Positions 9,713-18,516 of a stretch of DNA of 64,000 nt are shown here, piece by piece. The number at the start of each line of letters is the position of its first letter. The stretch's first letter is position 1. The translations under genes and the position numbers were made by a program. The notes below the pieces were generated by a model. It ran no database searches, was not told the origin of the DNA, and worked only from the letters and a program-made list of their open reading frames with translations. The stretch comes from Melioribacteraceae bacterium (GTDB taxonomy: Bacteria; Bacteroidota; Ignavibacteria; Ignavibacteriales; Melioribacteraceae): the NCBI GenBank assembly GCA_963678275.1, contig OY782765.1:3047700-3111699 (forward strand). Reading direction: 5' to 3'.

Positions 9713-10290
9713 TGATCTGCGCGTTTTGTAAAAAAGAAATAGATGCCGATTCTTTCTACTGCGATCAGTGCGGTGAGGAAATTAAAATATGCCCCAAATG
9801 TGGCAAAGCCGGGAAAGGCAAAATATGCACTTCCGATGGCACAAAACTTATTCTGGCAAAAGATAAACAACCTGAAGAGGATGATAAAACAATTCCCGTA
9901 AAACAGGAAGTCGCCACACCAAAACCACCCCCTCCCGGTGTTAAAAAGATCATTGATGACACCCCTCCTCCGAAACCGGAGAAAAAAGCTAATCCGGTTA
10001 TCACCCTTAGGAATAATGCGGTTAATATTACATTTTCACCGAAACATGAGGATATTGTCGGAAGAAAAAAAGGCAATTTCGCCCATCTCTTTGCACAGTA
10101 TAAACAAATCTCAGGTCAGCACGCGAAATTTATGTATAGTCCTGAAACCGGATGGATGGTGGCCGATCTGGGCTCTTCCAACGGAACAAAATATAAGGAT
10201 AAGAAACTTATTCCCAATAATCCTGTTAAATTGGAGAACGGGACTCATTTGCTGCTCGCGAATATTGAGTTTTTTATTGAAATTGTTTAA
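9712..10290 (+). CDS. Zinc-ribbon + FHA domain protein
   Basis: The ATG overlaps the upstream TGA (TGATG at 9710-9714). The N-terminus has CAFC..CDQCG..CPKCG, followed by a P-rich linker. The C-terminus has FHA-like motifs: VGRKKG..SGQHAKF..VADLGSSNGT..LENGTHLLLANIEF. Confidence 0.85.
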   Translation: MICAFCKKEIDADSFYCDQCGEEIKICPKCGKAGKGKICTSDGTKLILAKDKQPEEDDKTIPVKQEVATPKPPPPGVKKIIDDTPPPKPEKKANPVITLRNNAVNITFSPKHEDIVGRKKGNFAHLFAQYKQISGQHAKFMYSPETGWMVADLGSSNGTKYKDKKLIPNNPVKLENGTHLLLANIEFFIEIV

Positions 10291-10299
10291 GGTTGATTC

Positions 10300-11055
10300 A
10301 TGAAAATATTAGTTGCTGCCGAAAGTAATGTCGGCCTGGTCAGAGGCCGAAATGAAGATATGATCCTCGTGGATACCGACCTGATCAGAGATGGTAAAAA
10401 CAGCTACCTCTTTGAAGCGGGTGAAAATCAGGATTCTTTTGTCATGGCTGTTTCTGATGGCATGGGTGGGCATAATGCCGGCGATTTTGCCAGTGAATAT
10501 ATTCTTACCGAGTTTGCCAAACGTTTTCATCAGATGGAAGATGTTCTGGATGAACAGCAGCTGCAGGATTATATGACCCTCACTATTTCCAATATTCATA
10601 ATGAACTTAATCAGATGGGAAAGGAAGATCCCGAAAAACGTAATATGGGCGCTACCATTATTATTTTTCTTTATTATCATGAAAAATTCTATTTTGCTCT
10701 TGCCGGCGACAGCCGTCTTTACCGTTTTAGAAGAGGTATACTCAAGCAGATATCCCGCGATCATACACTCGCCGAAATGAATAACCTCGACCGTTCGGCG
10801 AGCCATGTGCTCCTTAACGCTGTCGGCGGGGGTGAGGAAGTTTACCTCGACTTTTTTGATATTACCGATAATGTCATGCCCGATGACATATTCCTCCTCT
10901 GCAGCGACGGACTCACCGATATGGCCGCCGATGAAAAAATTGAAGAAACAATCGACAGTCTCGATGAATTCGACACCGAATCCCTCGTAAAACTTGCCCA
11001 TAAAGGCGGAGGAAAAGACAACGTCTCGGTTATTCTTGCCCGTATAACCGGGTAA
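10300..11055 (+). CDS. PP2C-family Ser/Thr protein phosphatase
   Basis: The motifs NEDM, SDGMGGHNAGDFAS, LLCSDGLTDM and GGGKDNVSVILARI are present. The start lies 9 nt after the FHA gene stop. Confidence 0.9.
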   Translation: MKILVAAESNVGLVRGRNEDMILVDTDLIRDGKNSYLFEAGENQDSFVMAVSDGMGGHNAGDFASEYILTEFAKRFHQMEDVLDEQQLQDYMTLTISNIHNELNQMGKEDPEKRNMGATIIIFLYYHEKFYFALAGDSRLYRFRRGILKQISRDHTLAEMNNLDRSASHVLLNAVGGGEEVYLDFFDITDNVMPDDIFLLCSDGLTDMAADEKIEETIDSLDEFDTESLVKLAHKGGGKDNVSVILARITG

Positions 11056-11087
11056 TAAACCGAAATATAATATAAAATTTGTCCGTA

Positions 11088-11118
11088 GGGGCAACCCTTG
11101 TGGTTGCCCTTTTTTTTA
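11088..11118 (+). terminator. Rho-independent terminator closing the kinase/AAA+/FHA/PP2C cassette
   Basis: GGGCAACC-cttgt-GGTTGCCC is followed by T8, 33 nt downstream of the PP2C stop. Confidence 0.75.
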
Positions 11119-11658
11119 GTTGTCCTCCATATATCAGCGGCCCCTTTTACCACAAGCTACGGAGACGAAGGTGTTCCAACTGTAAAATTACCGTTCCCAT
11201 CAATTTTTTACGATCCATCCAAAAAATATCGTCAACCATTACCGGCGATTAAAATATATTCAGAACTCCTGATCCCTGTAATAAAAGACAATAACCTACA
11301 TGGATTCATTCGTAAGATAAAATCGCGGGATACAAGCCTGGAAGAAAGTCCCGCCAGGGACGACAGAAACAACTGTATATAGTGAGAACTTGGGATATAA
11401 TAATTCGCGATGAACTTCCGCGATTTCATTTTGCGAGAGGAAAGGAGTTATGAATAGTAGTAAAACTATCACAGGAGGACCTAAGTCTGCTGAAACAATC
11501 CCGCACAGAAGATCATGAATCGATAGGAATGATTGGCTGCCCGATAAATAATGCCCGCCATCTGCCGGTATGAACAGCACAAATACCCGGCTGGTTATAA
11601 AAGCTAATCTCTCCTGCCGGCTGAAATCACCGGCAGGTATTTAGAAATTTTTTAATTA

Positions 11659-11856
11659 TCAGAGTTTAATCAGATAATCCTTATACTGCTGCTCTCCTTT
11701 TTTAAAACGCAGATAAAAATCATTGTTATTCGCGGCGGGATTTCTGGTTGTGGCTCTGACCAGCTCTTTCTGATATCCCAACTCTTCATACTTTTCGATC
11801 AACAAACTGAAAAACCGGTTTACCATTTCTTCAGCTTTTTCCAGTGTCATTTTCAT
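11659..11856 (-). CDS. Small hypothetical protein (65 aa)
   Basis: The ORF has a GGAAGG RBS-like motif just upstream of the ATG and non-repetitive, plausible composition. A CCTGCCGG/CCGGCAGG hairpin sits at 11613-11637 just downstream. I recognise no family. Confidence 0.4.
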   Translation of the reverse strand: MKMTLEKAEEMVNRFFSLLIEKYEELGYQKELVRATTRNPAANNNDFYLRFKKGEQQYKDYLIKL

Positions 11857-12083
11857 AACCTTCCTGCATTATTCTACAAAAACCATGATACAAAATCACC
11901 GGAGCATTTTCTGTCTGAACTAACCAATACTCCTGAACTTAGTAAAAAAAAGTAAATATGTTTGTGATTTGGCTCCCTTCCATGTTTTTTGTATAATTCT
12001 GTGAGACAATCTTTGCTCATTGTCACATTTCTTCTTTCTCTATTCAGACGTTTATACAACCATATAGTTGGCCTTTGTTCCAA

Positions 12084-13267
12084 AAATTTCAGGTCATTTT
12101 TTTATACCCCATATTAATGAACCGGCAAAGCCGGAAGTGAAAAGTTGTAAGTGGAAATTGAAGAGTTACTTAAGTGATAACGGATAATTATCAATTTATC
12201 CTGTTAGTCTTTTTAATCCACTCAATCCTTTTTTTCTTTCTTTTCGTATCTATCTTAAAATTCCATTGCAAATATTGCCCTTTTGTATAAAGTTAATAAG
12301 GTTTAATTTTTAGGGGTGTTTTCCTTTGCTACTAAGGTTAAAAAATAAAGAATAAGGTTTTTTGAGCTTTTTTTGTGGGATTTTGCGTTTTGGTGATTTA
12401 GCGGCATTTTCCTGCTGAAATCTTCGAAATCCGCGTAATCAGAGATATCTGCGGTCCTCTTTTTAATTATTCATTGTTCATGACTAATTTAATTCTTGCC
12501 TTTTTGCGCAGAATTTAACTACTAACGGAATACTCCTACTCATACTCTGATTCTTTAATACCGATACCGAAAAATAATCATGTTATCCTTAAATCCTTTA
12601 ATCATGGTTCAGACATTTTGTTCTGCGTAAACCTGTTTTGACCTTTCCACCGATTGAATAAGATTAATAAGGTTTACTACCTCCGCTACAAAAGAGCCTC
12701 AATTCGGGAAACATCTAATTTAAATTTTGGCATCAACAGAAACAGATATAATAACCTTTTGAAAACTCTTCAATATTGAAAGATCGAAATCCCCTCCCCT
12801 TAAGATTTTAAGGGGAGGAGGGGAGGGGTTTGATCTGCACTGAGATGATACAAAACTTGAGTGAATTAAATATATACCCCTAAAAATGATTTTATTTTCC
12901 TCTAAAAAATAATCTTGTTGCCTGGAAGAAAAAAGAATAAAATTAAGGTTTTTGAGTATTTTTGTGGGATTTTGCGTTTTGGTGAATTAGCGGCATTTTT
13001 CCTGCTGAAATCTTCGAAATCCGCGTAATCAGAGATATCTGCGGTCCTCTTTTTAATTATTCATTGTTCATTATTAATTATTAATTGATATTGTTTGACC
13101 TTTTATAGAAATTGACCGCTATTAGTAAAATCTCCCAAATTCTGAAAATAATCAGCCCCGCAATATCCCCCCCCCTTCATTCCCGATCAATTGTTAATTG
13201 AGTTTTTATTCCTTAATTTTAACCGTAAAGAAGATCAAACATTGTTAAAATAAAACAGAATAGTTTT
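12084..13267. repeat. Non-coding region built from modular dispersed repeats, including a ~140-bp direct repeat (about 12350-12490 vs 12945-13075) and a G-rich hairpin at 12791-12828
   Basis: Two copies of ..TTTTGTGGGATTTTGCGTTTTGGTGA(A)TTAGCGGCATTTT(T)CCTGCTGAAATCTTCGAAATCCGCGTAATCAGAGATATCTGCGGTCCTCTTTTTAATTATTCATTGTTCA.. are visible by eye. The hairpin is CCCCTCCCCTTAAGATTTTAAGGGGAGG. There is no credible ORF. Confidence 0.75.
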
Positions 13268-13465
13268 GTGCCGGTTATCAGAATTGACATTGGGAAACAC
13301 TCTGCCACAGCGGAAATAAAAGTAGAATTAATCGAAAAACTAACCCGGACCGCATCGGAAGTAACAAAAATTCCAGCCGATGTTTTTTCGGTAATTATCT
13401 ATGAACATGAAGACAATAACTACGGCGTGGGAAGCAAAACTCTGGATAAAGTCAGAAAACAATAA
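13268..13465 (+). CDS. 4-oxalocrotonate tautomerase family protein
   Basis: The 65-aa product starts (GTG) M-P-V-I-R-I. It has the Pro-1 catalytic N-terminus and the size and beta-alpha-beta pattern typical of the tautomerase superfamily. Confidence 0.7.
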   Translation: MPVIRIDIGKHSATAEIKVELIEKLTRTASEVTKIPADVFSVIIYEHEDNNYGVGSKTLDKVRKQ

Positions 13466-13493
13466 CTCAGGAAAAAATTAACAACTTTAGGGA

Positions 13494-14300
13494 ATGGTAA
13501 TGATAAACTTCAGACTTAAAAACATTGACGAAGTAATCCCCTTTGGGGAAGAACCCGATTTAGTCATGAACTGGTACGCGCTTTCAGATGGAGAACTATG
13601 GCTCGATTTCGGGGGAACTATACTCTTCGAATATACCGAAGAGGCAATCGAATATTTTGATGACCTTTATTCGAAATACAACGACTATTATATAGCGAGA
13701 TTCCTTGAGGATTTTTCCGCGCTGTTCGGTACAATAAGCCATAGTATTCCTGAAAGGTTTTTCAAGCTTGCTGACAACCTGTAGCAATTTTTTAACGAAG
13801 CTGAAAAATGGCTCGATCTCAAAGAAGAGGATGAAGAGGAGCCGGGCCAATTTTTCTTCGAAACTTTTGATTACCTTATTTCATGGACTGCCGACCGCTT
13901 TCTGGATTCCGGGCACCTTACCGGGGCGCCTGAAATTTTCTTTTTCAGGCACAAAGATAAAATAAGGATTGTCTGGCAAACAGATCAGAAATATGATGAT
14001 GAAGCAGAACTATGGAAGGCCGGGAACGGATTTTATGATATGGACTATACCGAATTTGTGAAAAATGTGGAAGAATTTGGCGAACGTTTTTTCGAAAATA
14101 TGATGAAACAGGTACAAAACGGAATGGGAAAAGATTGGGAAGATGTAAAATTCGACAAAAAAAACCTGCTTCAGGAACAACAGGAACGGCTGCGGGAATT
14201 CCGGGAAGAACTGAAATTATTGAAAAATCCCCCCGTAGATGAAACAAACTGGAAGGAACTTGAGAATTTGTTCGACCAAATGAAAAAAGAAATCCGGTAG
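13494..14300 (+). pseudogene. Uncharacterised ~268-codon gene interrupted by a single in-frame TAG at 13782-13784
   Basis: ORFs 13494..13784 and 14040..14300 are in the same frame. The 255 nt between them are open in that frame and translate to protein-like sequence (QFFNEAEKWLDLKEEDEEEPGQFFFETFDYLISWTADRFLDSGHLTGAPEIFFFRHKDKIRIVWQTDQKYDDEAELWKAGNGFYD..). Confidence 0.6.
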
Positions 14301-14541
14301 AAAAGGCCGCCCCCGCAATATATGCGGAGGGCAAACTTTTCAGCTTGAGCCGGGGAACGCTTGTCCCTTCCCGGGTAGAGACAGAACCGTATGCCTGTGA
14401 ATCTATCGGAATGTGAGTTCATTACAGGGAAACAAATTCATCCGCCCCCGATTAATACCCGAAAGAAATCACAATTCTTTGCGGGAAAATAATTATTTTG
14501 CATAGGATAAAAATTACTGACCAATGAATTAATTATTATCA

Positions 14542-15360
14542 ATGAACAGGGAAACTATGACAGCGCAGGAAAAACTGGCAGGAAGAATTTCACAAGGATA
14601 CCATATATGCGTCGGGCTCGATACCGATATAAACAAAATACCTGAACACCTGAATAACAGGAAAAATCCGGTTCTTGATTTTAACAATGAAATAATCAGA
14701 GCGACTGCCGATTCAGCGGCGGCGTATAAAATAAACTTCGCCTTTTATGAGAAAGATGGTTTGAAAGGAATTGAAAATCTCCTCGCAACAATAGATATGA
14801 TACCTGATGACATACTCATTATCGGTGACGCCAAAAGAGGAGATATCGGGAATACTTCGAAAATGTATGCCGAGGCAGTATTTAATACATTCGGGTGTGA
14901 CGCTGTAACCCTGCACCCTTATATGGGAATTGATTCTGTGGCGCCATTTATTGATTTCAGTGATAAAATAAGTTTTGTGCTTGTCCTTACTTCAAATAAA
15001 AGCGCTGCCGATTTTGAAAAATTATCACTCGCCGATGGTGAAAAACTTTTTGTCGAAGTGCTTAATAAATCGAATTCATGGAATGTAAATAATAATGTGG
15101 GGATTGTATTCGGAGCAACTAATCCGGAAGAACTTGCGGTATATTCACACCACTTTAATGAAATGCCTGTTTTACTGCCGGGTGTCGGCGCCCAGCAGGG
15201 TGATCTGAGCAAAGTGCTGAAAATTTTCAGAGATCAAAAAAAGGAAAACTTTATTATCAATGTAAGCAGAGGACTTATTTATGCGGGCAAGGGTGAAGAT
15301 TTTGCCGAATTTTCACGAAATGAACTAAATAAATACAATAATATTGTAAAATCTGCCTGA
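14542..15360 (+). CDS. pyrF: Orotidine-5'-phosphate decarboxylase (type 2)
   Basis: The GDAKRGDIGNT signature is present, along with the GLDT and LPGVGAQ(Q)G motifs. Length is 272 aa. Confidence 0.9.
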   Translation: MNRETMTAQEKLAGRISQGYHICVGLDTDINKIPEHLNNRKNPVLDFNNEIIRATADSAAAYKINFAFYEKDGLKGIENLLATIDMIPDDILIIGDAKRGDIGNTSKMYAEAVFNTFGCDAVTLHPYMGIDSVAPFIDFSDKISFVLVLTSNKSAADFEKLSLADGEKLFVEVLNKSNSWNVNNNVGIVFGATNPEELAVYSHHFNEMPVLLPGVGAQQGDLSKVLKIFRDQKKENFIINVSRGLIYAGKGEDFAEFSRNELNKYNNIVKSA

Positions 15361-15526
15361 ATTTTTAAATTTATCCTGATTAATTGTGGCATCTTAATTT
15401 TAATATAGATATTTTTTAAAAAAATATATAATGTGAGATTATGCAAAACATGCGATATTTATGTTATTATATTGAGAGGAGGCATCCGTTTATAAACTGA
15501 ACGAGTAATCAAACAGGATAAATAAC

Positions 15527-16996
15527 GTGAAACTTAATGAGACTCACCTCTATGAGGTTTGGAAAAACCAGCAGTTCACAGAAAGGTTAAAGACCGTTTC
15601 AGGAGAGGACATTGACGTCCTTAATGCAGGCACACATAATGAAGATATGGCGGGACCCGATTTCCTGAACGCAAAAATCAGGATTGGTATTCTCACTTAT
15701 GTGGGGGATATAGAAATTGACTGCGAAATCAATGACTGGAAAGGGCATGGTCATAATATTGATGTAAAATATAATAAGGTCATCCTGCATCTTTCTTTCC
15801 GGAATAACCATAACCAGGCTTTTGTTTATACCAACGCGGGCCGTAAGGTTCCAACTATTACACTTTCCCGTTTCCTTCCCGCTACATTCAACAGCCAGTT
15901 TGAACCTCCTCCTCCCAGGGATGTTTCAAATGTTAAACAATTATTACGCTGCCACGAGGCCAACGGACTTGTTACTGCCGTTACAAGAGAAAATTTCATT
16001 CTCAAACTCGGATTCCAGCGTTTTGAAAAAAAATGCAAAAAAATGTACGAGCGGCTCAAAGAGTTAAAATACCTCCGCGATAATAATATTCATGAACCGA
16101 TAATTGGTTATGACCGCAGGGAGGATTTTGATTTAATGAACTACTCTCATGCTGATTTCCAGGATAAAGAGATCTGGCAGCAGCTTTTTTATGAATCGAT
16201 ATTTGAAGCGCTTGGTTACTCAAAAAATAAAAACATTATGCTCGAACTCGCTCATAACGCCGATATAAGTTTCATTAAATCTCTCGGGCATGATGATGAA
16301 TTCCTCGAAAGGGTTGAATCCGCCCTGTTTCATATTAGCGGACTTCTAAGCGAAAATCCCCAAAAAAATGAAATTGATGATGAACAATATGTTTCTAAAC
16401 TCCGTTCGCATTGGGATCACATAAAAAGAATATATAACGCCAAATATTTCGATGAAGACCAGTGGCACTTTTTTAAACTGCGTCCCCAGAATTTCCCTAC
16501 TGTCCGACTCGCGGGGGGGTCCCGTCTGCTTAAATCGATTATTTATGATGATTTTATTAATGAGCTGATCAAAAAAATAGATGAAATCCGAAATCTGAAT
16601 GTCCTGATAAACGTTCTTCGCTCACTTATTATTATCAAATCAGAAGGTTTCTGGCGCACACATTATGTATTTAATAAACATTCTAATGGGGAAATTAAAT
16701 ATTTTGTAGGTGTTTCGCGCGCCGATGAAATGATTATAAATGTTGTTCTTCCCTTTTTCTCGGTTTATTTTGATGTTTTTGGTGAGCAGAATCTGTCGAA
16801 AAAACTTCTGAAGATATATGGCTATTTTAACCAGCGTTCCGAAAACAGGATTGTTCATGATGTTGCTGTTAGTCTGCACATGGAGGATGAAACCAAAAAG
16901 ACTGTCTTTCAGCAGGGAATGATAGAGCTCTTCCGGTCATTCTGCTCAAAAAATAAATGCCTCGAATGTGAAATAGGAAAAATAGTTTTCGGTTAA
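15527..16996 (+). CDS. DUF2851-like protein
   Basis: The N-terminus THLYEVWKNQQF..LKTVSGEDIDVLNAGTHNEDMAGPDFLNAKIRI..VGDIEIDCEINDWKGHGH matches my memory of the Bacteroidota DUF2851 signature. The start is GTG. Confidence 0.7.
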   Translation: MKLNETHLYEVWKNQQFTERLKTVSGEDIDVLNAGTHNEDMAGPDFLNAKIRIGILTYVGDIEIDCEINDWKGHGHNIDVKYNKVILHLSFRNNHNQAFVYTNAGRKVPTITLSRFLPATFNSQFEPPPPRDVSNVKQLLRCHEANGLVTAVTRENFILKLGFQRFEKKCKKMYERLKELKYLRDNNIHEPIIGYDRREDFDLMNYSHADFQDKEIWQQLFYESIFEALGYSKNKNIMLELAHNADISFIKSLGHDDEFLERVESALFHISGLLSENPQKNEIDDEQYVSKLRSHWDHIKRIYNAKYFDEDQWHFFKLRPQNFPTVRLAGGSRLLKSIIYDDFINELIKKIDEIRNLNVLINVLRSLIIIKSEGFWRTHYVFNKHSNGEIKYFVGVSRADEMIINVVLPFFSVYFDVFGEQNLSKKLLKIYGYFNQRSENRIVHDVAVSLHMEDETKKTVFQQGMIELFRSFCSKNKCLECEIGKIVFG

Positions 16997-17396
16997 AAAA
17001 GACTTTGCGCTCCGCTGAATAAGCTATAAAAGAGGATAAGAACATAAATGGAGGAATCACATTCCCCGGTTTAAGTTATCGTCGGGCTATATTATCTTTT
17101 CCCCGTCAGATGATATGTTATATAAACCTGGCAAGACTCCTGATAAAAGAGTTACCCGGGTAAATTCCGCATAGAGGAAAATCCATTGCTGCCAGCCTGT
17201 CCCCACATATATTATTCATTATAATTAGTTTAACACAAATTCTCAGGACTTATCCCGACATCCTGCGCAATAAATCCGGTAACAGAGAAAAATTGGGAAA
17301 CGACCGGTGTTATTCCCGAAATTATTGTTCCTCGTGATTTGCATTGGATACCGCGATTGTACCGGCCAAAATTGCGGGAAAAGAATTTGCGGGAAA

Positions 17397-17957
17397 AATA
17401 ATACAGAGCTCCTGACATCACGTATATTGAAATACAACTATTTTATCATTTTCTTTCATTAAATGACAAAATAATGACAGTAGGAATTTTTCGTTATCCT
17501 CTCTCAATATCGTTCTTATCTTTTAAAGCGACCTCAAAAAAATAAGCGTTAAAAAAATCAAATGAACGGAGCGTTAAAAAAGGAAAGCTGTTTGAGGCAC
17601 ATGTCTTTTTATGTGCCGAGTTCTTTCATTTTAGCGGAGAGAATTGATTTTTAGCTTATTTTTTTGCAGTCTTGACTTTTTTTGCCTGCTCGCCGCAGGA
17701 GAGTTACTTTTTGTGTCAAGACAAAAAGTAAGAGCATCTCTTATAAAATATATTTGGTAAGATTAATGACAATTCCCATTGATTCTCGCTTTACCAGCTG
17801 AGGAAAATTTCAAATTATTTCACGCAAAGGAAACTTATAAACGCAATTCTTTTTAACAGAATTTCTAATGCCAGTCGCATACGTATATAAGCAACAAAAA
17901 ATCTATGTTGTTTTATTTCAATACATTATGTTTTTGATGTCTGGAGTCCTGTATTAT
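17397..17957. mobile_element. MITE-like non-autonomous element, copy 1 (~550 bp, terminal inverted repeats)
   Basis: The left end is AATAATACAGAGCTCCTGACATCA. The reverse complement of the right end is AATAATACAGGACTCCAGACATCA. The element is collinear with the copy at 37310-37870, has no ORF, and has internal perfect hairpins at 17596-17617 and 17704-17731. Confidence 0.7.
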
Positions 17958-18516
17958 TGTATTAAAACGCATGGCCATTATTCTAATCCTGTTTTTTCAG
18001 CGAAAATCAGCGAAATCCGCGGGAAATAATGCCCTGGTTAAAAAGGCAATATGGTTCAAATTATTGAGGACCCGCAATTGCTGCTAAGATTAATAGATTA
18101 AAGAATAAGGTTCTTTGTTTTTTAAAAGAGAAATTTACGTATCAATAAAACCGTTTTACGAATAGTTTTTAAGCTCATGGAATATTTATCAATTGTCTTT
18201 TTAATTGTACATTACTAATTGTTAATTGAAATTTTGCAATTTTGCTTGGAATTTAACTTCATACGGAGTTTTCCGGCCGAGCCTGAGTCAGGCTATTTAA
18301 ATATTCCCGATCTTGCATTAATAACTCACTCCCCGGCCCCCTCTACGTCACGGCGCTCCCTTCCACTTAAAACTATTTGACTTTGATTATTGAGAAATTT
18401 ATTTTTATCAGGACACAGTTAAAATTACTGTAGAATACTAAAACAATTGGCAGATCTTACTCTCCCGAAAATTACCCGCCTCCTGATCAAAACTAAATAT
18501 TTAAAGAGGAAATGTT

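Noticed and set aside
10309-11094. 261-aa minus-strand ORF covering the whole PP2C gene
   Set aside because: The PP2C motifs (SDGMGGH, CSDGLTD, GGKDNVS) are on the plus strand and fit the operon. The antisense ORF has no RBS or family signature and would run into the plus-strand terminator.
11450-11518. 22-codon sORF (MNSSKTITGGPKSAETIPHRRS) with a strong AAAGGAG RBS
   Set aside because: The RBS-like sequence is part of a repeat block that recurs at ~41800-41832, where no ATG or ORF follows it. There is therefore no support for coding. It is kept only as a note.
13782-13784. Possibility that TAG is reassigned (a sense codon) in this organism
   Set aside because: TAG terminates the kinase exactly at a sensible C-terminus (5281-5283). 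All other genes are consistent with standard code 11.
13768-13965. 65-aa ORF in an alternative frame bridging the two halves of the TAG-interrupted gene
   Set aside because: The original frame stays open and protein-like through this segment. A single in-frame TAG explains the split better than a frameshift into this ORF.
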